A DNA stretch of 64,000 nt from Epiperipatus broadwayi (Eukaryota; Animalia; Onychophora): positions 4,154,001 to 4,218,000 of the forward strand of contig JAQFVV010000005.1 in assembly GCA_028023455.1 (NCBI GenBank), in the 5' to 3' direction. The first letter of the stretch is position 1. Every line of letters begins with the position of its first letter. Positions 25,955 through 39,586 of this stretch are shown here, one piece after another. Made by a program: the position numbers and the translations under genes. Below the pieces are notes generated by a model that had not been told where the DNA came from, searched no databases, and saw only the letters and a program-made list of their open reading frames with translations.

Positions 25955-28900
25955 ATAATAATTTTTAAATAAATGTAATAATTCTTAGCAGAGTAAGAAA
26001 AAAATATAATTATCTATGTATTTATTAAAGATGATTATTATATAGAACCTGTAAAGTAACTTTGTGTAATATATATATATTGTAACTATCAAATAATGAT
26101 GAAATAAATGAGTTTAACCAAATAGTGGCAGATGTAATATTAGCTTAACCTTTACTAGGTTGTCAGTCATTATAATGAGACTCTTTAATGTCAACAGAAT
26201 ATTTCCAATACGTAAAAATATGAAAAATGTGTATTAATGAATAATAATAATATCTCAGGATTATGATAAACTTAAAGCATACTAGTTTATTTGTAAATGA
26301 ATAAATAAGTCCACTAATATTTATATTTGGCTCATTGAATATTACATAAAATCAAATCTAAAGTTACTTAGGATTTAAAATACTTATCTATGATAGATAA
26401 GATTTAAAATTTTAATCTTTAACAATAATTTTTTATTATTGATATGGTTAAATAACAAAGGATATTGTATAGTATTTAATCCATATTTTAAGTAAATGTC
26501 TAGATTATGTTACTACTAAACAATACTATACCTTTAAATAAAGGCATAGTAATAATAAGACCATGTGATTATATTTATTTATTAGGTAGATGATGAATGT
26601 TAAAATAATGAAAAATGAAAACCAGGTAATTTCGCAAAATATAAAATTAATTTATTAACAAACAAAAAAATATAAAATAAAATGTAATAATAATAATAAT
26701 TTATGTTCCTGCATTTAAGATAAATAACTTTTAGTCATGTTATTTAGGGAATCTTAGTCTCGATTTCCCTTATATTAATAATTGTACATGTGTATCTCCA
26801 TCTGTGTTATAAGATAAAACTAGTTATTGAAAAAGATTATTAAGCAAAAGATAAAAAAACTTAAGTATTATAGTAATCATTAATAAACAAAGTGAAACAA
26901 TATCTTACTACATCTCTAAGTAAAATAGTTAAATCCATTTTCCTCTAGGTATTTGGCTAATATAAACTTGGTTATCATTTAAAATATTGAGAACATTTAC
27001 TGTACTACAATATGTCTCTAAAGATGTGGCAGTATCTTGCCTAACATATATAGATACAGGTGGCAGTATGTCAGATGCTTATCTAACTAACATTTTAAAT
27101 AAAAAGATTATAAAGTGTGTTGCTAGGAGCTTTCTCTACTATACAACAATATTGCCACAAACATACCTTATTATACAAATATTCCCATTTATGCATAAAC
27201 ACTTCAGATACCATAAAGCATAGCATAGACTGGACTTGATTCCATAAAATATATATAACTTATAAAATATACTTTGATTACAGATAATAATAATAATTAT
27301 TATTATTATTACTTAACTAACAACCTATCTCAAAATATTTTTAATACACACATATACACCTCAGCTATAAATGCTAAATTATAACAATGAATTTAAATAT
27401 ACTAACTGTATACCCATAGTTCTCTTGTTTTTTTTCTAGTGGGAGCTTTATTTAACCAATACAACTATATATAATAACAAACAAACATATATGATTAATG
27501 AGAATATAAAAGTCTTTTAAAAATTCCAATATTTTTATCCTGGCATGATTTTTTTAAATATTTTAAAACAATTAGAATTCTTAAGCATTTTAATTGTGAA
27601 ATCACAAAGAATGGAGAATTAATCCTTGTAGAACAATAAATGATAATGAAATTGTTGTGTTTAAATGAAATATATTGACCATAAATTTTAAAAATATGCA
27701 AAAAAAAATCATACAAATTGTTAATTTTATATCTGGAGGTATGGAGCAGTAATCTGCTGGGAAGTGAAATTTATTCATTATAGCATTTCTTTAAAAAATA
27801 TATTTATAAGAGAATGTTCATTGGTTTAAAATCAGGTTTAACAATTAGTATCTAGTAGGCAGATGTTTCTTCAAAAACTTTTAATTTAACCATGGTGAAT
27901 GTAGTATCAGATCACATTAGTAGTGGGTATGTGAAGTCTAAGTGTTCCAAAATGCCTTAAACAAATGATAGTGTTTTAAAGTAGTTTAAAATTTTCTATT
28001 TTAACAATTTTAAATGTCATTTCATGCATTAGATGATGAATATTTTCAGTTATTTCAATTATTCATTTGGACAATTTATAAAGGCATGTACTTTGCCACG
28101 CAGGCAAATGCTTATCAGATTGACTACTGCTTCATTGCCATGGATCACAATGCCAAGATGGCTAAATTTAAATTCAGAAATTTTGCAGTTTTTCTGTAGA
28201 TAGCTAGCAATTAAAATGATTACTCTCAGGTAGGTATATTTATAGATTTCAGTCACATGACTAGTTCCATCATCATTTTTGATTAAATTTCCTTATTCTT
28301 TTGGTACTTTACACCAAATCTTGATCCTTCTCACATATCATAGTATATTCTTAACATTCTCTGCTTTTGGCCACTAATCACTGTCTTGGCTGATGACTTT
28401 ACAATCTCCTGGCAAAAAGGTCCATGATTTTTTTTTGACTGGCATGATTGTAATTATTTATTAGAAATTTTTTTTATTCACACCCACATTCATTCTGCCT
28501 TTCAACAAATCTCACCTGATTTTAGTTAAGAGTTATTAGGCAACTGAAAAGAAAGATCATGGTGTTTTTTTTTAATTCAGAGATAAAAAAAAACAATAAA
28601 CTCACCAAGCTAGCTAAGCATATGTGGCAGGTGATATTTTGAGAAATTTTAGTACCCAGTGTAATGACCATTTTAAAATTACAAATAATATTTTGAAATA
28701 TATTTTAAATAAGATATTATGACCTTTGATATAATTGATATATAATGATCACATTAATATTTACATTAGATATTAAAATAAATCTTTTTTATATATTTAT
28801 TTGTAATTGTTCTCATTGCAAATTGCATTTTATTACAAATAATTTACCTGAATATTTTCACATAATATGCCTCTAAATTTAAATTATGTAAAAGAAACAT

Positions 28901-29409
28901 ATACATTCAAGCATGCACATACATATTCAAATATTATATTAAAAGTTTGTGTCACTATTGAGTGTATTTTTAATATTGCAAATACATTAATATAAATATT
29001 GCTTTACTTGGCTTATTTTAATTTATTCATATATTGACAGTATTATGCATCTTTATCACCGTATTATTATTTTAAAACTAACTACTAACTCTAAATGTGT
29101 GTGTGTGTTTATATTTAAATATATAACCATGATTATTAATATTTCTACAAGAATTTTTAAAATGATATTTAAAAAAAATATTATGGGCAGACATTTTGCA
29201 TTCTTTTAAATTTTTGCTTTATATAGTAGCTAAGAATATAATGTTAACACTACTCTAACAATAATGATAATAATATTAGTAATAATAACAAGCCAATAAA
29301 ATTTTTGCGGTTATATTTATTATTATTATTTAAATATACCAAATAACCATCACAATATATACATATAAGTGCAAGGAAATCTTGTCATATATCACATGAC
29401 TTAATTTAA

Positions 29410-30262
29410 GAGTAGTAATTAATTTATTGAACATACAGAAAGCATATGTAAATACTTTAACAGGCTTTGACCTGTGTTCAATGTGCTTTAAAATTCATAA
29501 TAATCAAGCACATTTTTCCGACAGAGGAACCTTCCAAACCATGATGCAAGATAGCGACTTTTATAAAGATAAGAGCAGCCATCTTATCTTTAAACTAAAT
29601 GTCTACTTATATAAGCAAATCTGAAGCATTTTGATTTGGAAGCATGAAGTTGTCGTTTTCTCCACTGCGCTCAATAAATTAATTACTACTCTTCAATAGT
29701 TTATAGAATTTCCAACATTAAGATCATAATATTAACTCACTGTAAATCGCAAGATTTTGCATAAAAGTGATTATTTAATATCTTCATGCTTTCACTTTCA
29801 AACACTTAAGATTTGCGCATACAAAAGCGTTTGGGTTTGAAAAGATAGATGGCCATTCTATCTTTTCCAAAGACTTTATCATGTGTTCGAAGTGTTTGTA
29901 TTCATTCATTTTATAGTTAAAATCCAAAGCACATGTGCAACAGTTTAATGCTGTTTAAAATATTACAGTTTGTAAAAAACATCACACTATATAAAATAAT
30001 TGACTTATTTACATATGTTAATTTGTAAAAGAAATAGTGGACTTAAACAATGGAGAAAACAACAACTTCATGCTTCCAAATCAAGATGCTTCAGATTTGC
30101 CTATATAAGTGGACATTTAGGTTAAAGATAAGATGGCCACTCTTATCTTTATAAAAGTTGCTATCTTGTGTCGTGGTTTGGAAGGTCCCTCTGTCAGCAA
30201 AATGTGCTGGATTATTACAAATTTTAAAGTGCATTGAAGTCAGATCAAAGCCTGTTTAAAGT
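29410..30262. mobile_element. Family H fold-back insertion, about 215-bp inverted arms
   Basis: Arms about 29453-29669 and 30048-30262; 14-bp direct repeat ATGACTTAATTTAA at 29396-29409 and 30263-30276. Confidence 0.8.
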
Positions 30263-30292
30263 ATGACTTAATTTAATAAGTTTGTACTACAA

Positions 30293-30452
30293 ATGTTATA
30301 TAATGAGTGTGCTAATACGTCTTAACAAGCTTTTTAGAATATCACTATTCCCAGACCAAATGAAGAATGCCAAAAGCATGAAACCAATCTGGAAATAGTG
30401 ATATTCTGAAAAGCTTGTTAATTAAGATGTATTAGCATGCTCATTATATAAC
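30293..30452. repeat. Family E palindrome with a hammerhead-like motif in the spacer
   Basis: About 62-bp arms; centre ATGAAGA ATGC CAAAA GCAT GAAA CCAA TC TGG (30360-30392). Confidence 0.8.
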
Positions 30453-32003
30453 ATAAATAATATATATGGAAAATATATATAAAATTACAAAATGATTAAT
30501 TTTTTATATTTTAAAATCATGCTTGATAAGCAGATAAAAAAATTACATGTAAACATAATTTATTACAAGACTATGTATTAATATGGCCTATATACCTAAT
30601 TTACACAGTAAAATACTTTTATTATGAATAAGAAGTTTACAGTGGGGATATAATTAATCCCAAAAATCCCATTAATATAAGATTTATTAGCTTTCCTTTT
30701 AACAAGAACTAGTCTTACAATTTATAATAGATATATATATATGTTTTCTAAAAAAACAACAACTGGCAAGCAATTTTTTGAAGTTTATCACAATGTATTA
30801 TATATCAATTGTTGATACACTCTCATGGAATACTGTTTTACCGTTTACTACAATTTAAATATATTCAATTTATCTGTGCACACACATATAATATTACTAA
30901 CTAATCTTAATTTATGTCTTCTACAGAAACTTTCTATAATTCTTGAAGCACAATGCTTGATTAAAGCAATCTCTACTGGACATCTGTCATTCTCAATCAG
31001 CTAAAAGCCTGAAAACCAGTTTTCACAAATGTAAGGGCTGTAAAAAACTTTGTTCTTAATTAAATAAAAATGCTTTGATTATTTTTTGAGATTAAAAAAA
31101 AAAATCAAACAGAACAAGTTTCTAATTACCATTCCAAATATTGTTTTTGTGACCATTATTACTATATACTCTCTCTTATAAATTAGCCCACATGGTGAAT
31201 TTAATGACTTTACCATTGTATTTAAAAACAAAATAAAAACATAATCTCTTTTTTTCACTACCCAATTACTCGAAACAGAAATATCAAATGGTACTCTTGT
31301 ATGTGAATGCTGATTTATTTTTAAATCACAATTGGGCCCATAAAATTGAACAATAGTTTTCACTTGCATAAGACTATAAAATCATCATCCAAAAAAAACA
31401 AATGATAACTCAAGGAAGATGGTACTAAGAAAATTCTGGATAAGAGCTTAGATTGCCATGAGGTTATGCTTTTTTATCTATTCAACTACAGTATTGTAAA
31501 TGAATTTCAAGCAAACATCTTCATAACATTCAAACCTTATTTATTCACTGCAAAAAAAAACAAAACTCCAAGTTTAATCCAATTTTTCTAATTCATGATT
31601 TTTCTTGTCTTTATCATTTCAAAAAAATGTTTTATCTCGGCTTCCATCTCACATTTGGTCTCTTTCTAAATTCTTTACAGTAATTTTAAATCTAATTTAA
31701 GATTTCATCTGTCCCTCTATTGTCATCTATTTTAAACAATATGTCCAGTTGAACTATGTAAGATATCAATAACATCAGTTTGTTCTCTCATCCATGTATT
31801 TGATTTTCAAATTCTCTTTATTATTCCCAACATACAGTTGCTTATAATTCAATGTATTGTCTATTAAAAAATTTCTTTTCAAACATATAAACATATTTTT
31901 AAATAAATAATACTTCTGTATATAATATAAAATAACAATTCGTGTCAATTGTTAATACAGAGTTTAATATAAATAAATAAAATAATAACAAATAAATAAT
32001 ATT

Positions 32004-32042
32004 TCCAAGCACTTTCAACTCTTACGAGTCCTTATCAAGGCA
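32004..32042 (-). ncRNA. Degenerate minimal hammerhead in Penelope pLTR
   Basis: TGCC TTGATAA G GACTC GTAA GAGTT GAAA GTGC TT GG, just downstream of the GIY-YIG. Confidence 0.55.
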
Positions 32043-32059
32043 GTGTAAAAAATTTTATT

Positions 32060-32720
32060 TTCTCCTAGGTGTTGAATTTAACATTTCATTGTATTGGCCA
32101 GGAACAACTAATAGAAAAGCTGGTTAATTTCGAATTCATAGCACAAGATGAATTTTGTATAAGATATGATTCTTTAATCTTGTGTTTTTTATCATGTGTT
32201 TCATGCATTAATATTGTAAAATCCTTTGGACTACATATATGACCTGTATTATTTTGGTGAACATAAAAAGCTGAATAAACTGTATCATCTTCTCTTGCTC
32301 TATTATAAGTATATTTATGTTGTTGAAGGTGATATTTAACATTTGTTTTGGTTTCTCCAACATATATTGACACAAATTGTTATTTTATATTATTTTTAAC
32401 CATATTTTTAATAATAAATTATTTCCACCAAAAGTCACCCAAGTTTAACTCTATGATTACTTTCACTCTTCATGTTACTATCTGTATTAATAATCATAAT
32501 AATTCATTGGAGTTAATTTTTTCTAATTTATAATTATCAGTCTTTTTTTTCTCTTTATATGAAAAATTATTAAATCATTACTTTAGTCATTTTAGCATTT
32601 ATCATTAGAACTTTTGATTATTCTAGTAATACTTCATTGAGTTCTAAAACACTAATTACAAGAAAATTTATTTTTTTATTTCCATTGCTTTCCAACTTAA
32701 CATATTTTCCTAAAAATAAC
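32060..32720 (-). pseudogene. Penelope-like GIY-YIG endonuclease remnant
   Basis: SIYVGETKTNVKYHLQQH...SAFYVHQNNTGH...ILMHE...KIKESYLI...MN. Confidence 0.88.
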
Positions 32721-32924
32721 TACAAAAGTTTTGAAGATAAGAATCCCCCCTTCTCTACAATCTTATCCATGTTAATATTTTTAATGTGTCTCTGCTGATA
32801 AATTTTGTTCAGTATTCATGTCAAATTTGATAAGATTCAATATTTAATTACTGCAATATGCCAGAAACATTTATAGTCAAATAAATGCAACAAATATGTC
32901 CACCTACCATCAAATTTTCTAGCA

Positions 32925-33095
32925 ATGCCATCTGGGAGTTCCAAGTCAAGAAGAGGAAAATGGAAAACAAATTCCATCTGCCATTAAGATTTTACATGTG
33001 TAGTAATATAAAAAAATGGAAACAGAGGGGAATTGGTTTCCAGTTTGTCTACTGATTTGGAACTTTACAATTCCCAAGTGGTGCTGCTGAACAAT
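32925..33095. repeat. Old diverged inverted repeat
   Basis: GTTCCAAGTCA...AATTCCATCTG versus CAGAGGGGAATTGG...TGATTTGGAAC. Confidence 0.6.
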
Positions 33096-33413
33096 TAGAT
33101 GCTATGATATTTACAGTACTCAATCCCCATGTAATTTTATATGTATGACAATTATTTTACATCGTAAACTAAAGAAGTTTTAAGGTTATTACAGTTATTA
33201 AGAACTAATTTTATACTTTAAATGTAAAATAAAAACTTGATCAAAAAGAGTTGTTATGACATATCAGATTATGTTTCACTCCTATTATGAGTTATTGCCT
33301 ATTTAAAATCTTAGTGGCATAATGAATTTGTTAACATTTTTAGTTTGCTTAATTTAGACCTTTGGTATTCCCAGGTAATGATTGTGGAAGATTTGAATGC
33401 TAGATGATATGAA

Positions 33414-33572
33414 ATCATCATCATCAACCATTATCAATCCACTACAGGATGAAGATCTCTCCAAGTTCAAACCAATTTCTCCAATCTTTAGCTTCTCTTC
33501 TCCACATTATCCCTTCATGTTTTCTTATTTCATCCATTTATGCCACATGTGGTCTCTTTCTGGGTAGTTTTC
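33414..33572 (-). mobile_element. RTE LINE 3' end with (GAT)n tail, 5'-truncated
   Basis: Homologous to 59810-59967. Confidence 0.85.
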
Positions 33573-33650
33573 TGATTTTTTTAAATGTGAAATATGTTTT
33601 ATTTAATTTTATTACTTTTATACATATAACATTTACATATATGTATATAT

Positions 33651-33814
33651 AAATCACATGATACAACCCAAGCTTATCTATTATAAATTTTTAATCTATT
33701 ATCATATTAACCTTTATATATAAAACAAGAAGTCCATATATTCTTATAATGGTTTGCTTGACAACAATGGAAGATTTATGATATAGATAAGCTTGGGCTG
33801 TTATCATGTGATTT
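33651..33814. repeat. Short element with about 31-bp terminal inverted repeats (MITE-like)
   Basis: AAATCACATGATACAACCCAAGCTTATCTAT ... ATAGATAAGCTTGGGCTGTTATCATGTGATTT; no clear TSD. Confidence 0.6.
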
Positions 33815-34524
33815 ACATTTGTGCTTGATCTAGCTTTGTGCATAATCAGATTTGTTATATAAATTAATATATTTGCATATGTGTATTGATGTGTAAATAT
33901 TCTTAAAACAAACAAAAACTGGAAATTCCTTAAAAGTTTTCCATCTAATAGTTGGCAAGATGATGAGTACCCTATTCATCAATATATATATATATATATA
34001 GGAGATTTTTCCTATAGTAGGTCAATTAATACAGTTAATCTATATTTAAATATATCATTTAAATAAATTTATTATTCAGCAAAATAGAATAAATTTATGT
34101 ATGAAGTCATTTCCAAATAATTATATTCTTTCTTAACAAATACAGTATTAAGAGCCTCTCACTTAAGCAATGGTTATTTTTTATAAAAAGTGATGTGTGA
34201 TCAATAAGAGTATAATAATACAGAAATATTTGATGCATTATACAATGTTTATCCAATAAGCATTATTCTAGTTCTAATCTTATTTATCATATATTGCAAC
34301 CTTTAACTTTAACAAATTTTCATAACAAAACTTTTTGTAAATTTTGTAACATAAATGTTATTAAAGAAAAATCCAATAAAAAATAAATAAATATAATTTC
34401 TGTTTTGAAAAATATCTTTTTAAAAATTCTATAAATATATCATAAATACACTTATTGGAAGGAACATTGATCTTTTATATAATTATGCACCTTAATTAAA
34501 TTCTAAGCACAAGAAATGCTAAAT

Positions 34525-37130
34525 AAGAAAAGCTTCAATGTAGATCCTTCTTAAAACTAGAGCTAAGTACTTTTGATATCTTGGTTATGATATCATATTT
34601 ATAGCAATGAGTAGTGGAAAGGAGGATAATAGGTATAAATAGGATGTAAATTTATGTAAATGTATCAAAATGAATTAGATAGTCAACTTTTTAAAGAACG
34701 GGAAGCAGGACTCCTTTTTATTTATGGAATTCAAGTTATTAGCAATGTACCGTGCCTCCTTTATTTTTCACTTTGAGTTACTTCATTTAATGCTCACAGT
34801 GTTGGCTGATGTAAGCTCAAATGTGTGGCTGAGTAAGTTTAGATGTTCCAGGAATATGGAATTGTGTTGTGGATAGCTTTTCCTTTTATAGTGATATTGA
34901 TGTTTGGGAAATCTTGCTTGAAGACTGGCATGTGATTCTTCATAATAGACTGCATTACAGCCACTTGAGAACATGTGATCTTGTAAATGGTGGGGGGAGG
35001 GGATATATTCAGTGAGGAGTTTGTCTTTGAAGTGTTGATTAACCTGTTTATATAGAGTGAGGTGTGGTAGCTGACTCTGTATATCTGAACATATTTTATG
35101 TTTCTGGAGAATTTAGGGATATAAGGAAGCAATATCTACATTTTAGGGACTAATGGAGGGGTTTTTATTCTGATTTTGTTGCAGAAGTTGTTGAGAGTGT
35201 TAGTGAGTGATCTGCACTTGAACCTAATGAGACAGAAATTGTTAATGTATTTATAAATGTTGCATTTCCAGTCTAATAGAAAAGTTGTTAAACCAGTGTA
35301 TTTATATGAGTTGGGAGTGATGGAATCAGGGTGTGTATAGTCTCTGATTTCAGTAGATTTAATTTCTATTTGACAATTTAGGTGGATATTTTTCCTTTGG
35401 ACATATACATTGAGGTATTTTATTCCCTTTTGAGAGTCTTTGTATTCTAAAGCCCATATTAATGCAGATTTCTCTGTGATCTCATGTTTGATATGAGAAA
35501 TTTGGAACTTTGGAGCACAAATGAAGACATCATTGATATATTATGTGTACATTATACTTGGTGTATTTTTGAAATATTTAGAGAGTGCATCTGTTTCAAT
35601 GCTATTCAGAACTATAGTGGATATAAATCCACTTAATAGTAATCCTATTGACCAGACACTTTCCATTCTGTAGTATCATTCATTAAAGAGGGTGGTGATG
35701 TTATATTCAATCCAATTTAAACAGTCATTTGTAAAACTAATTCACTTCTGTGAATAATTAAATGTTGTGAGTGCATGTTTTATGATGTTTATTGACTGTT
35801 TTCTATTTATTGATCCATATGACTCAGTAATATCTAGAGATGCTATCCTGTTATGCAACAGTTGTCAATAATTTGATTTTTAATTAAATTGAAAAACTTA
35901 AATTTGATGGTAAATAAGTCATATCCTAGTTGGTCAGTGAGCCATCTGATTTTTCCATTTTTGTGGTGCTGTAATAATGGGCTCTTTGAAAATATATTAT
36001 GAGCTTGAGCTGGGTATCAGGTTTATGTAATTTGACATTTGCAAACATTTACAGAGGAATAGCTGCTGACAAATAAATTTTGTAATATTTGTTTTTAGTA
36101 AAAGCATCATAACATTTTTTTTTAAGATTTTAAGATATAAATTTATCCTTACTACTTTTTAAATTATATGAAGGCATTAAACTGAATTTTAATATGCTTA
36201 TTTGGGTATTCATCTTATTCAAATAATCTTGTTTATTGAGAAGAGCAAACCTGTTCCTTTTATCATCTTTTATAAAAGTGATATTATTATCTATGAGGTA
36301 ATGCTTAGTGTCATTAATATCTCTCCTTCAATTAACATTGTTTGTTTTAATAGGTTTGTGTTGAGTTGCTTTAGCTATTAGTTCAATTACCTTTTCTCTG
36401 TGTGGGTTATTTGTGGATCTGGTTTCCACATCCATGATTAGCTCTATCATTGAGTTATTCTAGCCATCTATCACAAACTGTGTTTCAAATTCTAATATAG
36501 TTTTGATATTATTGGAAGGGAAAATATTAATTACATTGATGAAGCAGCAAGGGGTGGAGGATTTTTATTTCTTACTTGTATACTAAAAACATTAGATTAT
36601 TTGTAAATATAATATTTATGTTTAGAAAAATCTTTCATTTTGTAGTTATATAAGCAGGAATATCTTGTCTTGGACAAATTTTTCATTGGCACTTTGTCTC
36701 CTTTTTCAACTCTCTTTTACAGCTGGTAATAACACTATTGAGAAGAATGAGTTGAGGATTCTCTCAAGTTATAAAATGCATAGTTAATTTTGAATTTGCA
36801 ACAATTTGGGATTACTTTATATTTTTAACATGTTTGTAGAAATTTGACTTTTTGGGAAAGGATACTGTTACAACTTTCAGTAACATCTTATGCTGGAGAT
36901 ATGCATACATGTAATGATATAAAGTGATAAACATTTCCTAAATGAATTGTAATTAAATTATATGTGCTAGGAATGCTGAATAAAAAAGTTTCAGTGTAGA
37001 TGTATCTTAAAACTAAAGCTAAATGCTTTCACTATTTTGGTTATGATATCATATTCATAGAAATGAGTAGTGGAAATGATATGGGTAGGTATAAATAAGA
37101 TGTAAATTTATTCAAATGAATTAGATATCA
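34525..37130 (-). mobile_element. Degenerate Penelope-like element with two direct pLTRs
   Basis: Direct repeats about 34525-34690 and 36980-37130; RT motifs (YRMESVWSIGLLLSG, YINDVF); GIY-YIG IYKITC...CNAVYYEES...ARFPKH. Confidence 0.85.
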
Positions 37131-37139
37131 TTGAAGCAT

Positions 37140-38440
37140 GAAATAACCCCCACCATTACCACCAACTGCAGCTTCATCACTCTAACTAACACTTTCCCTC
37201 CCAATAACATCAAAACTATGCTAAAATCTAGCACAATTTGTGGGAAATGGCTAAAATAGTCCAATGATAGAGTTCATCACTGATGTGGAAACAAGATTTG
37301 CAAATAACCCACATAAAGAAAAGATAATTGAACTAATTTCTAAAACCATTCAACATAAGCTTATCAAATCAAACAATGTTAATTGGAGGAAGGAAATAAA
37401 TGTCACTAAGCATTACCTCTTAGATGATAATATTATTTGCATAAAAGAGAATAAAGAGAATAGGTTTGTTTTTCTCAATAAACAAGATTATTTGAATAAG
37501 ATGAACATCCAAATAAGAAAATTAAAACTCATTTAATACCTTTCTATAATTTAAAAACAATCAAGGATAAATTTATATCTGAAATCTTAAGAAAACATTG
37601 TGATAGTGCCTTTATCAAAAGTGAATATTACAAAATGTATTCATCAGTCATCATGCCTCCCACAAATGTTTGCAAAGAACAAACAACATAAACCCATAAC
37701 CCCACTCAGGCTAATGATAGATTCTAGTGGAGCACACTATTACAGCATCATAAAGATGAGAAATCAGTAGTTCACTGATCAATTACAATTTGACTTATTT
37801 GTCATTAAATTCAAGTTTGTCAATAAAAGTAAAAACCTAATTATTGGCTACAAATGCAGGATAGCATCTCTAGACATTACTGAATTATATGAATCAATAA
37901 ACAGAAAACAGTCAATCAACATCATAAGACATGCACTCACAATATCTAATAATTCACAGAAGTGAATTTATTTTATAATTGACTTTTTAAACTGCATTGG
38001 ATAAATCATCATCCTCCTCTTTAATGAACAACACTACACAATATGGAAAAACAGCTGGCCAATTTGACTACCCATAAGTGAAATCATATATTTTGAAACA
38101 AATGCACTCTCCAAATATTTTGAAAAATACACCGGATATAATATACACATGGTACATCAAACATGAGTTCACTGAGAAATCTGCATTAACATGAACTTTA
38201 AAGCACAAAGACTCTCAAAAAAGAAATAAAATACCTTAACATATACATCCAAAGAAAGATTAAGTACCTAAATTATAAAATTGTAATTGAATCCATTGAA
38301 AGCAGAGGTTACATATATTCTGATTCCATCAACCCCAACTCACATAAATATGCTTGTCTAATAACTTTTCTATATAGAAATTTAAACCAAATGGTATATG
38401 AAATCTCTATAGAGTTATTTATAAAGTGTAAAGAAAATAA
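37140..38440 (+). mobile_element. Second Penelope-like copy, head-to-head with the previous one
   Basis: Reverse-complement homology to about 35250-36560; ORF 37264 ...FVFLNKQDYLNKMN (pre-RT motif). Confidence 0.82.
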
Positions 38441-38853
38441 GTGTCACCCATAAAATTCACTTCTTTGATTTATGTGTTATGATAAGTAATAATTTATTTA
38501 TAGTTAGTACATTCTTAGAGCCAGAGCACAGATGGTGATTGGTATTGATATAATAATCTCATCACTTTTATATATATATATTTACTTTTATAATTATTTT
38601 AGAAAATATATACGTATATGCAGTAGAAATATTGATTATTGCTATTTTACAGTATTATGCACCAAATTTGGCATTTGCTTGATGATGGCTGTCTTATATC
38701 CAGTCACAATTGGATGGTGCTATATTTGTTATATAATTGGTGTCTGGTACTGATTTTTTGTAGTAAAAAAAATGCTACTATTTAGTATTTGGTTTCCTGA
38801 AGGTTTATGATGATGGCATTTCAGTTGTATTTATATACTGAACTATTTTCATC

Positions 38854-39287
38854 ATCTAAGAAAAATTTAACTTTATTTAAATTTTCAAAGTACATTCAAT
38901 TGTTAGCAATAGCACAGAGGTTAGTATAGCAAAATGTTTCAAGAGGTAATTTATTCCCTTCTCTTCTTCAAGTGTTTCTAGTCTAACCAGTGATAGTACT
39001 AGCATGAGAACTGAACCAGGATCCTTAGATTCTTGAATATTGAATTTTATGATAACACTATAGAATGGCTCAGTTGATTAAAACTTTATCTTAAAATTCA
39101 ATGTTCAAAAATCTAAGAATCCTGATTCAATTCCCATGCTTGTACTATCACTGGTCATTCCAACAATACCTGATGAAGAGAGGAAAATAATATCTCCTGA
39201 AACATTGTGGATATACTAACATGTGTGCTATTACTAATAGATGAGTGTACTTTGAAAATTTAAATAAAGTTAAATTTTTCTAAAGAT
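38854..39287. mobile_element. Family C fold-back: tRNA-like Pol III head plus hammerhead-like motif
   Basis: A box TGGCTCAGTTG (39066); B-box-like GATTCAATTCC (39124; GGTTCAGTTC in the other arm); CTGATGA...GAAA at 39170-39202, mirrored in the left arm. Confidence 0.65.
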
Positions 39288-39540
39288 ATTTAATAATTTA
39301 TATTAGATGGTGGATAAAGTCCAATACATAAATACAAATATTTAGTATTTGCCCTTGGTAATCCTTTGTTATGTATTATTACTATATATATATAAAATAA
39401 AACAAGTTATAAATTTTGTAACTTGCTTTTAAGCTTGCATTTAAATGATCACTAGATAGAGTTTTCTAATAGCTCTAAACAAGCTTTGTTTTTATAAGTG
39501 CCGAAAGAGAAAGGATTCAAAATTTCTATCGTTGACTCTC

Positions 39541-39586
39541 CCTCCAGACCAATTGTTTTCAAGCCTATGGCTCACCTCAGTGGAGG
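39541..39586 (-). ncRNA. Hammerhead (family B), variant core
   Basis: CCTCCA CTGAGGT GAGC CATAG GCTT GAAA ACAATTGG TC TGGAGG. Confidence 0.65.

Noticed and set aside
30927-31030. Plus-strand exon-like segment with good acceptor and donor
   Set aside because: Stops in all three frames; could only be UTR or terminal exon, and has no other support.
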